Shown in pieces: positions 41,307 through 53,760 of a DNA stretch of 64,000 nucleotides (its first letter is position 1; each line of letters opens with the position of its first letter). Made by a program: the position numbers and the translations under genes. This DNA comes from Lingula anatina (lineage: Eukaryota > Animalia > Brachiopoda). The stretch is taken from NCBI GenBank assembly GCA_051362555.1, contig CM120643.1:14110644-14174643 (forward strand), in the 5' to 3' direction. The notes under the pieces were generated by a model. The model was not told the origin of the DNA, made no database searches, and saw only the letters and a list, made by a program, of their open reading frames with translations.

Positions 41307-43509
41307 TTACTTCCATTGAGAATAAAAACCACCCAATCTCTTGCGGATAATATCATTAGTCAACCCGTACTTCTCAGCAGTGTAAGCGTGGTGCCCGTGT
41401 TTGTGTTGGGGGTTCTGAGCTAGATACGACATCATCCGCCCCTTGGCCGCCTTGGTTAAAGTTAGACCCATCTTAGTGTAAATAGCCTCCAGCGTTACCA
41501 AGGGGGCGCGCGTGAGGTCCGCGTAACTGACGTCGATGAACCGATGCGCCTCTGACGGATGCTCTTGACGAAAATTGTACAGGTTTGATACGCAGTCTAC
41601 TGTGTGGTCAAGGACCCGCTGACCGAGTCCTTGGCGATTTAAATCTGTGACCGCGTACACCATGGCAAAGACATCCTCAATCATGGAGCAGGCGGATGGG
41701 ACGGACTCTACCGGATCGCGCACAATGTTGATGATCATTGCATCCGGGAAGACTTCTAACAACGGACCAATGAACATGGAATGAAGCGATTCTTTAAGAA
41801 TAAATGTTTTTGGCGTTTTGTCTGAAAAAAAAATGTGATTTTGTAATTTCATGGTTCGTGTTTCTGTATGCAAAATTACTACCGACAAAGATACGTTGGA
41901 AGTAAAGTGCAATTTAAATAAGAAAACAGAAGAAGAAATTGGCAAATTAATATGCTGAAAGTTGTGAACGACGCATTTTCTAGTCAACGTAGCGATCAAT
42001 AAATTAATCGACTAATAAACAAAAAATCGATAGTTGGATGTTTTTACCCTTTCTCCCGCTGAGGATCAATTCCAGCTGCTGCTTGTAAAATCTGAACATT
42101 TCCAGCACGTGTTCCCTAGGCAACGCTTTAATACATGCTTTGTAAGGCTCCATGTTCTGGCCAACCACCATGTAGGCCTTACACACCTCAGACCTTTGGT
42201 AGATGTGATAGCATTCGTGAGGCATCGTAGGTGCAATAAGGTGTTTTTTCCTATGCTGTGGTCGCATTGTATAGAAAAAATCTGGAAATTGCAGGTGGTT
42301 ACTGTGAGAAAGTTTGGGTTACATAAATATAATTTAAATGGAACCTACAACAAAAACATCAACTTGGCATTTACTCTTAAAACAATGAATATTAATTTCA
42401 GAATCAACCGATATCAGATAAGCCTATGCACATTTTTTACTTTTTCAAATATTAAACCTGCTAATAAACCAGCCTCTTAATATGTCAAGTTTTTGCAGTA
42501 AATCTGTTCGTAAGTTTGGAGTTATTTTTTAAAGCAGAGAAGTTCAATTTTACCAAGACGGTCCGAAATCCCCTTGGGAAGCGGACTACTGCGTGTTGGA
42601 TGAACCAATTCCCACAGTAGGGGCGCCGTGTTAGCGGGATCACTGGCAAGAAGAGCCTGAAGCAGTGTACTGCCCGTCCGATTGCTGCTGACAATGAAGA
42701 TTGGCTTGCATATTGTTTTAACCTGGAAAATGTTTAAAAAGATGTGTTGTACGACTGACTGACTGAGCTATTAAGAGCAATACTCCATCCGCATCAGACT
42801 ACCTAATGGCTAATTCCAATTTAAATTATTGGTCTCCGTAGAACGATCCAACTCCACGGGGACTCTCACTGAATGCAATCAGTTTAACAGATTAACACGT
42901 TTCCTCATGTTTCCATTCGTATTCGTATTCGTATAGGCACCGGGTTTTCTGTATTCTACTCATCGCCAGGAGGAGGCGTGTTAATCTGTTTAGCTGAAAC
43001 ATCACTAGCGGATTCTGTGTTTTGCTAAAGCCCAACAAAAAAAGAGCATTATTATAACGTTTCCATAACGTTTATATTTATAAAAAAAACGTTTTGGTAA
43101 CGTAATGGTAACGTGTTAGCTGGGAGGGGGGGCACAAGGACAAAAACGTTTTGCCTCGCTGCACCGGGAAACAGTAGACGAGGACAGTTTGATTGTTTTT
43201 TATGTGGGTCAAAAGGGTAGAAAATTGTTTGATATTGTATCGTTTCGCTTGTTATAATTTTATGTTATTTTATTCATTTTTTTTTGGGGGGGGGGGTGGT
43301 CATAAAGGAGAAGGGGTGGATAAGAAGATGAAGGGGGGGGGGGGGCAAATGCCCATGGTGCCCCTCTGGATCCGCCCTTTGAACATGTAGCGTTGGCTAA
43401 CAGAACAAAAAAAAAAAAAAAAAAATCAATGTTTCAAAGGAATCAAACCATTTACAAACTTAATTAAAGATTAAAAACCAAGCATATCTCCAATCTCGAC
43501 CACTATAGC

Positions 43510-43552
<43 letters not shown>

Positions 43553-43936
43553 TCCATCAACATTTACATAATTAAACATTTGAGGTTAACCAGGACTCAT
43601 AATTACCTGAGTTGGGTCCTGCTCCCTTAACGCTGTAATCACATTTAATCTTTCTCTTATGGTATCCACGTAAACCGACTTCAAAAAAAGTCTACCACAC
43701 GTTGTGAGTTTGGAATCTTGGGCCCAGCACTGCAGGGACAGAGAAAGGCGTTTGCTCCAGTGGGGGTCTGGTCCCTTTGGGTCAAGAAGGAGGTTTTTTT
43801 CTTCCACGCTGAATCTTCTCCAGACGCTTTCTTCGTCTAATCGGGCAATTTTTATTCCAAGTAGCCGCCAAAAAGCTGCCCCCGTTAGGTTAATTATGTT
43901 CATCAGTAACTGAAAAGCGATCCTTGATAGCGCCAT
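41307..43936 (-). CDS. PAPS-dependent sulfotransferase, Sulfotransfer_3 / mycobacterial Stf-like family, 4 coding exons, 415 aa
   Basis: Exons 43936-43607 (MALSRIAF..SKLTTCGRLFL..RL), 42722-42554 (KPIFIVSSNRTGSTLLQALLASDP..APLLWELVHP, 5'-PSB loop), 42281-42048 (KHLIAPTMPHEC..FYKQQLELI), 41821-41307 (FILKESLH..LLEVFPDAMIINIVRDPVESVPSACS 3'-PB; FIDVSYADLTRAP..NPQHKHGHHAYTAEKYGL). Intron phases 0/1/1 are consistent; 1248 nt. An acceptor at 43963-43964 implies an upstream exon. Confidence 0.88.
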
Positions 43937-46900
43937 TATGAATGGGTTCCTATGTAATATACCTGTAAAACAAAAATTAAGAGGAAAGTTATAATCATTG
44001 GTACGAATTGACGAATAATAATCACTGATGAATGGGTTTTTGAGATGTATAGAGATGCACAGAGATGCGGTAGGTAACTTCCTTAACCCCACAAAATATC
44101 AATATACGTGAACTGGAACAATAGGAGAGAATCACATTTTGCATTTTAATTTTTCATAAAAAGAAGCAATGTTCAAGATTATTTCAGCACGAAAATTCAT
44201 GCGTTAGCACTCCATATTTTATGTTTTTTGATATGTACTGTATGTGCTTACACCTACATATTCTAAAACGCCAATAAAAATGAATTTGGCATTAGAAATG
44301 CACGACACTATGTATTTTAAATGACTTTAAAAGAAAACAAACAGAGGATATATGCAAAGGTCTTGATATTTTTTATCCATGACCGTGAGGTGTCTAAAAC
44401 GCGCGATAAAACGATTTGATGAAATCGTATTAGTTTCTTTTCACAGGCCAGGGTTACTGTGTCACTCATACCCACGCCTTCATACACTCTATTCCTGGTA
44501 AATTTTGCAGTTTCATGGCACATATTAGACTCAACATGGCTTATGTTTAAATTAATGCAATCGCAGCCGCAGTAGCAGGCGTATGATATATCTTAATGAA
44601 ATGTTAAACGCGTGACGCGCTCGACCTACCTGGTCACCTATTCGGATCGAATATAACACTGCACATGGCAGGACTATTATTGGAGTTCACCAAGGGTCAC
44701 TCTTTGTCCACCTCTGGTCACGTCTGGCCAGCTATCACGGGGAAAATGGGTAAGAGCGAAAGCTTGCATTAAGTCTTAAACAGTCCATATTCTGATACCC
44801 TCTCCAGATCTCAGTACACAGGGCCAAAGCTCCCTGATGCCGGCTGATCTTCGGCTTAGCGGTAACGGCTGCAGTATCAATATATCGACAGTTTAATATA
44901 GTTCCAATTCAAAAGATTCCCATATGTATCCTCCATTAGTTACACTGGCTGGTGAGAGAATACTATCACTCTCCAGAAACAGCTGTTACCATTTTCGAGC
45001 CCCTATCGATCTGCTAATTCTCCGTCTGCTTATTTGGCTATAGTAAAACTGGTTCAGACTCGATTAACGCGTTGCCATGAACGCTGAGCATACTGTCAGC
45101 TACGGGTCATCCTCATAGCCATAGCGTCAAAAGGTCAACTTGGCATTAAAAATTGAAAAGCTATTGTCAAGGACATAAACGGAAAACGGATCCTCCCTAA
45201 TTTGACATCAGGGTAAAAATCAGTCACATGCTTAGATTTTGATTGAAAAGGAATATAGCAACGCTGTAAGCAACGGGGATTATATGATAACAGCACACTT
45301 GAATGGAAAGTTATACAGTACACGAAAATTTCACTTCAGCAATTGACTCTGTCACGTACGCGTCATATTGTTTTTTTCTATTGCAGACTTTTAAGATTTT
45401 TGAACAATTTTTTGCAGCCTATCTAAACATCTAGAAAGTAAATTTGACGTAGATGAAATGCATTCATGAAATTGAAAAAAAAATCATAGTCAACTCTTAT
45501 TGTATAGCGTTTATTGTAACTGACTCTTTTTCATACAATTCCCGGTGTAATAATACTGATAATAAGAAAAATAAGATGAAACATCATTTTAGCAGTGCTG
45601 GCTAGAAAATTATAAGGACATAAATTTTTTTAAAAATAGAATCACCAAAACACCAGTTACTGTCATATTACCCTGTGTTGCTCTCTGTGGTATTATAGAT
45701 TGCTGCTTGATTTTTGCATACATGCATTGCGACCAGTTGTTTTGTCAATTTAATCTATTTATTTTATATTTTATTTATATTTTATCTTAAAGGATGCAGA
45801 AAAAACCTTTATATTATAAAGTGCAGTATTATTCAGGAAAGCATTTCGTTCACAAAAAAAAGGTATGCGCATATAATGCAGAAAATGGATGCAATTCATT
45901 AATAATGAGACTGACATATATATTTTATGTTTAGCAACAATTATTGATGGGGTTTGTTCATTCGGTTCACTGTTTAAATCATTTTTCTCATTTCGTTTTC
46001 TTTACTTTCACTTGCGGGAGAATGGGTAACACTTCACAAAGCCATTTATGTTAGGTAAATCCTCGGGTTTTTTCAACATTTATTTTTTATTCATATAGAC
46101 TGCATTTAGCTGTGAAAAATGCGCCGAAGGTGGAGATCATGAGAGGCATCTAATGGCAGCAGGTGACGGCGAAGAACGAATCGGAAAATATAACAACAAA
46201 AAAAGTTTTGCAGCAATGAATGCGTATGCTGAAATCGACATTTGGAACGAATAGAAAATATTCTTTAGCATAAATTGAATAGTTATATGCTGTATTTCGC
46301 GGAAAGTCTTCTCCCACATGCATGTGCGTTAATCTATCCCGAAAACAAAGAAGTCATGTAGGCCTAAGTTGATATGGTTAGATGGACGCACTGGAAAATT
46401 TTAGATATCATTGTTATAGGCCATATTGTGCAAGTGGAAAATGCATCTGGTCTTGTACAGTAAGAATACATACAGTGCGCACAGGGTAACAAAATAATAG
46501 CAATTAAAAGCACCAGATGCGAGATAGACCTTTCTGTCACAGCAACAAAAATCACGTTATAAATCATAACCTATTATCCCTCTTCCAAGAGCGAAACTCA
46601 CCAGTGCCCATTTTCGCCACTAAAAGGACTCAAAAATTAGCTCTTTACGATCTTTTTCTTGCATGAACAGTAGTGACGGAGACCTTGCAGTGACATTGTT
46701 TGGCGCTGGCCACAAATCACCGACATTTTCACATCGTGTGACCACTATGGCCACATTTTCCATCGTGTGACCACTATGGGCTGAGTGAGTCGGTCAGTAG
46801 TGGAAATAATTAACAGCCTTTGTCGATAACCCTCGCCTTTCCCAACTCATCCTTTTTAATCTCAAGCTCTGATCCAGGCAGATGCAGCTGGAGGGCACTC

Positions 46901-47056
46901 ACGCTGCAAAGAAAATGAGCAGCTTGCAGAGACAAGACCTTAAGGGCTAGACAGCATATGCTTCGAGTTCTTGCATTTGTTATGCATGCTTAGATATCAC
47001 GGCTCGAACTACGCTGTTTAATTACGTTTGGTAAAAACGAGACTGATACTCTACAG

Positions 47057-47380
47057 GGCCCGGTTGCACCAACCGGTCGTAAGTGAGGCGTAGCAGTTGC
47101 GCCGGCGTAAACCGGGCGCAAAATGCTACGCCCGAGAAAAGCCAGTTGCACCAAACTGGAGTAGTGTTTACGTCGGTCTTAACTTAGTCGTAAATTTACG
47201 TCTGCTAGTTAGGTGGAGTAAGTAGGTCGTAGCTCGTTTTCCACTATGGCTAGGCTGGCACAGAGAGAGTTTGATGACAATTATCGTAGTTAACGTAGAT
47301 TATGTGGGTTGTTTTTTGTTTATTTCTTACACAAAACTTCCGTCTGTATAGCTTGGTTTTTAAAAAACTAATTTTATACA

Positions 47381-47452
<72 letters not shown>

Positions 47453-48369
47453 TGATTATTAAATACATTATGTGTGTAGCCATGTACATGTACATGCATG
47501 TGTTCAAATTAAATCTTACCACTCATGTCGACACGCCTTGGCTCTCAGCAGTACGGTGTCTTTAATTCTTTTCACGATTTTTGACAAACCATAACAAACC
47601 ATAGTAATTTTTTATTCACATTTTATATCATTCATATTTTACTATATATAAACATAGAGACGAAAGCTTAAAATATCAACATTTTAAGGCTCATATAATA
47701 TGTATTAGGTCTCTTGTATTTCTCAATCTCCAAGATGTAAGCTCGATTGAATTAAATGATACCTCACGGTGTAACCATAGATAAAAAAGGTCATGAAATT
47801 GTAGTAAAATTATAAAAAGAAAGCAATGCTGGCTTTTTTTGATTATTTTCAGACTCAAATGTTCCAATAACAAATGTGAAAGTGTTCAAATCCATTAATA
47901 GAAATACGTACTGCCTCCAACGCGTTTTTCTCATTTACAACAGCATACTATAATAGCATACATAGCATACTATAATAATATTTTGATTCGGAATATATTT
48001 ACGATTTTATTGCTATATATCCCAGGCAACAGCAAAGTTAACGTATTTTAACGTTCTTATTTCTAAATCAAAATGGAATAATGTAGCTCATGAATTTCTC
48101 CGTCACTGAAATGCTCCTTTTGTGTTTATTTATGTCATCATTCCATTATGACTGCAGCTGAGAACTCCTCATTTGCCCAATTATACCATCCACGTATTGT
48201 TGGCCAGTGGCGCAACGGAGCGTTACTCGGGCGTAGTTACGACGATCAGTTTTTGTCTTGGTGCAACGGGCGTAAGCAGGGAGAGTAAACCTGGCGCACG
48301 GACGCCAGGCGTTGCTGTTTACGACAGTCGTAGCCGAGTAAATTTACGCCCTGTTGGTGCAACCGGGCC
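47057..48369. mobile_element. Non-autonomous PIF/Harbinger-like DNA transposon, CAG TSD, with internal (TA)n at 47383-47449
   Basis: TIRs GGCCCGGTTGCACCAAC / GTTGGTGCAACCGGGCC; subterminal repeats (GTTGCACCAA, TTTACG); CAG at 47054-47056 and 48370-48372; no transposase. Confidence 0.85.
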
Positions 48370-48536
48370 CAGGCCCGTAGCCAGCAATTTCAAAAGGGGG
48401 GTTCTTTTTCTGAAAAAGTGGACCTTTTTCCATAAAAACGTCATGTACCTAGATCAAATTTTACCCCGAGTGGACCTTTTCCCAGCAAAAGGGGCGGTTC
48501 TTTCGAACCCCCCGAACCCCCCTGGCTACGGGCCTG
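48370..48536. mobile_element. CAG-ended MITE, 5-bp TSD CTCTA
   Basis: CAGGCCCGTAGCCAG..CTGGCTACGGGCCTG (perfect 15-bp TIR); CTCTA at 47049-47053 and 48537-48541. Confidence 0.85.
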
Positions 48537-48723
48537 CTCTAACACTATAACGTCATGAATTGTAACGCTACATAAAAAAAGCGTACGCACCTACCCCGTT
48601 CCACGTTTGAAGGTGAGCCCTCTCTGACTTATACAGAGCTAATTTCCTGAATTTCCCGTGTTTAAACTTTCTTGTCTATGAATCCATCCCTCAGTGAGCA
48701 TTATTTATGCACCAATCCGTCCA

Positions 48724-48754
<31 letters not shown>

Positions 48755-51157
48755 CAGCTATATATCTATCTATTGGATAATTATTGATTATTTAGGCCTA
48801 TCGATTCGATTCTGCAGTTACCAGATATTTCGTATGAAAAAAAAATTGGCCCTATGTGAAGTTTTAGCTCTAAAACCTGTAGATCTAGGCGCCAGCAGAG
48901 CAAGGTGCAGAAGCTCATCTACAATCCTCATTGATTTTGGCCAACATATACGGCTAAGCCATTGATCGGATTGTACGCCTGTGTGCGCCTGGCCAGACCT
49001 ATGAGATTAGTCCCTGTATTTTGTCCAAGTGCTTCATAACAAGTATGGGACCCAATAAAATTCATTTCATTGAACACAATGACGGAATGAAAAAGCTTGC
49101 AAATTAAAACGCACTTCACCACGGGCTTATTATTAACAAATTATTATTTTAATTATACCTGTTAGAACAGATAGCTTATGACTGCTGATTAATGTCTTTT
49201 TTTGTAGCGACGGTTGCACGTATGTCCTCCTTGCATATGACACATTAACCGTGCCGCATATTTTGCACTGCAAGTTAGCAGTGGCCAGAAACATTCAAAA
49301 ATGTGTCTATATCAGAGGAGGATCAATGCTAACTTTTTTTCGCAAGTTTTCATGTATTGTGATGACGGGTACAGTAGATAAAAAATGACATTATTTTTCA
49401 TCACTGTACATTATAATACATGTGTTATTGCTATTATCATTATCAATTATTATTTTATTTATTTATTTATCAGCTTAGTTATTCATTTATTTATATTCAT
49501 TTTTACTGTGTCGTGAGGAAAGCAAAGAAGTTGACTTCAGTCTGATGCTTGGGGTAAGGCTTATTAATGGTTGATAATATATTTACACATTTGGACCAAA
49601 AGTTAGGGGCCTTGGTTTATTGAATTCTGTCAATGAGCGATCAAAGACATGTATCTGATTTATTGCATATAGACGGGCAAGGTAAATATAAGCAATTTTA
49701 GTAATAAAGTATAAAACACGTACACTGAAACATTTCTAAATGCACTAAATACACGTATGACAAAATCACAACTGACATAAGATTAAACTTAATATTTTGA
49801 AAGATTTTAAAAATTATTGACTAGATATAAAAGCTACGAGAACAAAATACACACAAGACATGCGCGTAAAGCACAAACCTGATACTCGACCGTACATACT
49901 ATTATAAAATGTTACGATTATATTAGCAAAATACATTTAACAGAAATCATAATAACTGCCACGCTCTCGCACACTACATACAAAACAAGGTTTCCAAAAT
50001 GTAATACAAGCACATATAGCACAACTTGTCTCTATATATATGCAAAAATAAAAAATAAAATAAAAATGAAATAAAATAAAATAAATAATCAAAAATACAA
50101 TAGTAAAAAATGAATTCTGCTCGCCTTTTTACATATACTGTACATATATAAGTCATACTAGAACCTCGAGTCATTGAACCTAAGATTGCGTTTACAAAAT
50201 CATTTATTATTCAGAAGGCATCATAGGCGGTTGTATGCTATCATGTCTGACATCGGTCATGGCAGTACAATAGCGGCCGTGGAAGATGGTGAGGATTTAT
50301 GCAAAAGTTGATTGGTGGTCAGTGTATGGAAAGGCAGGTGCATATATTTTCGGGCAAAATCTTAAATGTTCATTCCTAATGAGATTTCGCACTGAGATCT
50401 TATGATCGCTAGTTGAATGTTTAGACCTAATTTTCACATCTTTAATCCTCCATCGTAGCTGCATGTATACTAAATTGTTTGTTTATCGAGGAGCATTAAA
50501 CGATGGGTTATCGTTCATCTAGGACACGGTCCGCTGCGCTGCTAACTTTTTTTTAAGAAAAAGAGATGTCTATGAAGGCCAGATGTTGTAGTGTATCTCA
50601 GTTGTATTGTATCTCATGTTTTTCAATTTCATTTTTCAAAAAGGTGGTCTGTTAATGCAACCCTTCCTTCCCCATATGATATAAATAATAAAATGCGCCT
50701 GCAAAGCAAAACAGTCCTAAAATAAGAAGCCTTACCTGCTGGTTTTGAGGTTGACGGCGGTGAGGTCGTGCTTTTGGAAAGGTCTGTAACAAGCAGAGTC
50801 CCGCCCTTCAAACCTCATTATATTGAAACCTACATGCATATTAGATGGACTATAATTTACATGTAAAAACACATACAGTGGTTGCCAAAATACAAGTTGT
50901 CATAATATGTAGCCAGGGGCATAAATCTTAAGAGTGATGACCGGTTGCAAGGGTCACATCCTTGGTCACATCCTTTTGTGATGAGTTCGAGTAATATCAT
51001 AGCGGACAAGTAGATAAATTATTTGTCATTGATTGTCATGTAATTTGTGATTTATTAAGCCTTGGTTGTTTCGTCCAGCAGCAACTGTTAATAAACAATT
51101 CTCTTCTGGGCAGTGAGATTTGAATTTGCTGCTTAAGGTGAGCTAATAGTAGGCTAC

Positions 51158-51352
51158 AGTCTGTGTGACTGAGAAAGATCGACCTCATTTAACATCGTAA
51201 ATGCACCCTAGAGTTCGTGGCGTGTCATATAGCTAGCGTAACGGTCTGCAGGGGCCAAATATTGTGAAGGTAAAACTAGATGCGTTGATCACCAGATGAA
51301 TGAATATGAGGACACTGAATGAGAGTAGATCGTACTAACTCAGTCACAGACT
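51158..51352. mobile_element. Small MITE
   Basis: Imperfect TIRs AGTCTGTGTGACTGAG..GATCGACCTC / GAGTAGATC..CTCAGTCACAGACT. Confidence 0.55.
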
Positions 51353-52193
51353 CAGACTGACGGAGGGGTCTTCTTTGACCTGGTAAAGATCTACCGTAAT
51401 CTACACCATTTAAAAAAAATCCAATAGACTGATTTTCTGGAACTTTTGGACTGCTTTAAATATGGTCAATTGTTATCACAGTGCTTCAAAAAAGAAAAAA
51501 AAAAGAGAGAGAGAGAGAGACTCAAGTCGAGTATTTGGCCCGTCTCCCATCAGACTGTCATGTGTACAGCCTCTATTCAGCCGACATTACATTTTCAGTC
51601 AGGATGGGGCAGTATTTAACCACATTTTTTAAAGTCACTTGACTACATTATGAACAAGTCGTGTCGGAATTCATATAGTATATTGGCTATATTTAAATGT
51701 CCTGTTTATAATTATTGGCCCACCTAAGTCGTAGTGGTAATCCAAAGTCACGACTTAGGAGCTCGTATGACCGAGAAGGTAGTCAGCGAATAAATTAACC
51801 TTATTTTAGAAATTTGGGGAATGTTATCAGCTTTCTCGAAGAAGTCTAAATATTATCATAACAACGAAAACACCAAAAACAAAAACAAAAGAAGATAAAA
51901 AAAGAAAAGATTACAGATGAAACTGAACCACTTGCCGTTTATTGGCTTAGATTTTGAATTACGTGCCATAGAGATTTTACAAAAACTATCAAGTCTTTTA
52001 TCACTTATTCCACTTACATAACAACGCAGTGCTATAGAGATGCATACATTAAAATTTCATGGAATCATCATGGACAATATGTGAGTCACTGAAAACGCGC
52101 ATCGTCATTTACCCGATATAAATGTATGCACCCTTAACCGAACGCCTAAGGCAACGGCGATTACAGAAAATTTGTTTCCAATTACTCCGCATC

Positions 52194-53719
52194 TCAAAAC
52201 ACCCCAGTCTCAGCAGGTGTGTTTTCTTGACCGTAAGCCGAAGGCAGGTGGATAGCAGTGTCTTGTAGATCGAGTCCGGTTTGGTGGTCCCTGGAATATT
52301 GCAGTAACAGTTTCACGTTCACTTTATTAACTTGCTTGTTCGCCGATAAATTTCTTTGGGGCACATCGTTGGTGTCTAGGCAGTTGACGTTAATATTGGA
52401 ATAAGCTCTGGAATATTGGAAGTCGTTTTTCACAACTGAAATTGACGATCTGTTTGTCAGTTCTATAACTTCCCTCTCTTCTAAAGGGGCCTTGTTTTTT
52501 ATGACCGGCTGGAGAGCTTTTTCAAAAGTGCGCATTTTTCTGACAATAACGGCTTTTCTCAGAGATACTGCCCCCGCTTTAAGTGTCCATAGGCTCAGCA
52601 CGGTGAAGAATGTAATACTGAGGAAGAAGGCGGATAGTGAGGCGTAGTGCATTGTGAATGGGCTCGCTGTCACAGCAGACACAATCAGCAGAATCGCTGG
52701 AACAACTAGGCGCAGCATCGACGTCATCACAAGCGATGCTATCAGCAGTGAAATATACGCATTCTTGCTGTCTTTTTCCAAGTTGCCCTGCTTCATTATT
52801 TTCGCACAGTCAACAAACAAAGGACTCCCCTCCATCAACAATCCCGTAATGCCAAGAACCATATTTTCTCGGAAAAGTAGAAAAATGCTGTAGCATGCTA
52901 TAGTAACGACGTGGTGAATACTGTCTAATTTGAAAAGAACATGGTCGACAAGGATACAGTCCTGGCATAGTTTATAGACGTACTTGCCAATGTTGATGGC
53001 GAATGCGACGTTTATGAGGTCCTCGTAATAACTGGTGGTTGGCGTAACTTTAGGGTTTGTGTCAGCGTTGCCACCTAGGAGTGTGTTAAGTGTGACAAAG
53101 GGATGACGCATCACAGGTGTTGCCTTGGCCAGATATATACCAAATATCAACAAAGCCCAAGACATGGAATGGAATGAAATTCTGAAACAAATATGAAAAG
53201 CACAGTGAGAAGTATTTTGTGATGTTGCAAATACCCTATTCCATCCTGCATCTAAGAATTCTCATGAAATAAATATCGACAACACAATTCAGTCCCATAT
53301 GAACTCCTCGCCCTGGCGTTATCTTCTAAATTTTCTTTTTGGTTTTCATTTAAAGATACATTTTACTCTTTGCGTGAATTCTGATGGTATTAATTAATGG
53401 TTGTTATTTCCCTCTTTGACAACCATCAAATGCCACTACTGCTGCTGAAACGGAAAGTGAACCCGTTTTCAACCTCCTGGTGATAAAATAACTTCAGAAG
53501 TGTGTTCAGCAGATGTTATATGAACCGTCCTGTTGTAGGCGCCATTTGCTGGAGAGCGAGTGCGAGGATTATAATGACCACAAAATCGCTTCTAAAACCA
53601 CGAATAAAATGATTTTCTGTACACTTGTATCTAAAGGCACACAATGACAGATCCGTGACATGTACCAGTAAAACGTAGTCCAGGCTTTTCGAAAGCAATA
53701 GCTCTTATTGTTATTGTTA

Positions 53720-53760
<41 letters not shown>

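Noticed and set aside
42034-42480. 148-aa + strand ORF, and similar antisense ORFs at 38677-38955, 43704-43913 and 52654-52893
   Set aside because: Antisense shadows of real - strand exons.
48173-48550. 125-aa ORF
   Set aside because: Runs across the Harbinger-like right end and the adjacent MITE; GC-rich repeat sequence with no transposase motif.
53400-53760. HLLESECEDYND peptide before a (TTA)n tract, reminiscent of a LINE 3' end
   Set aside because: Only one weak motif; insufficient without a profile search.
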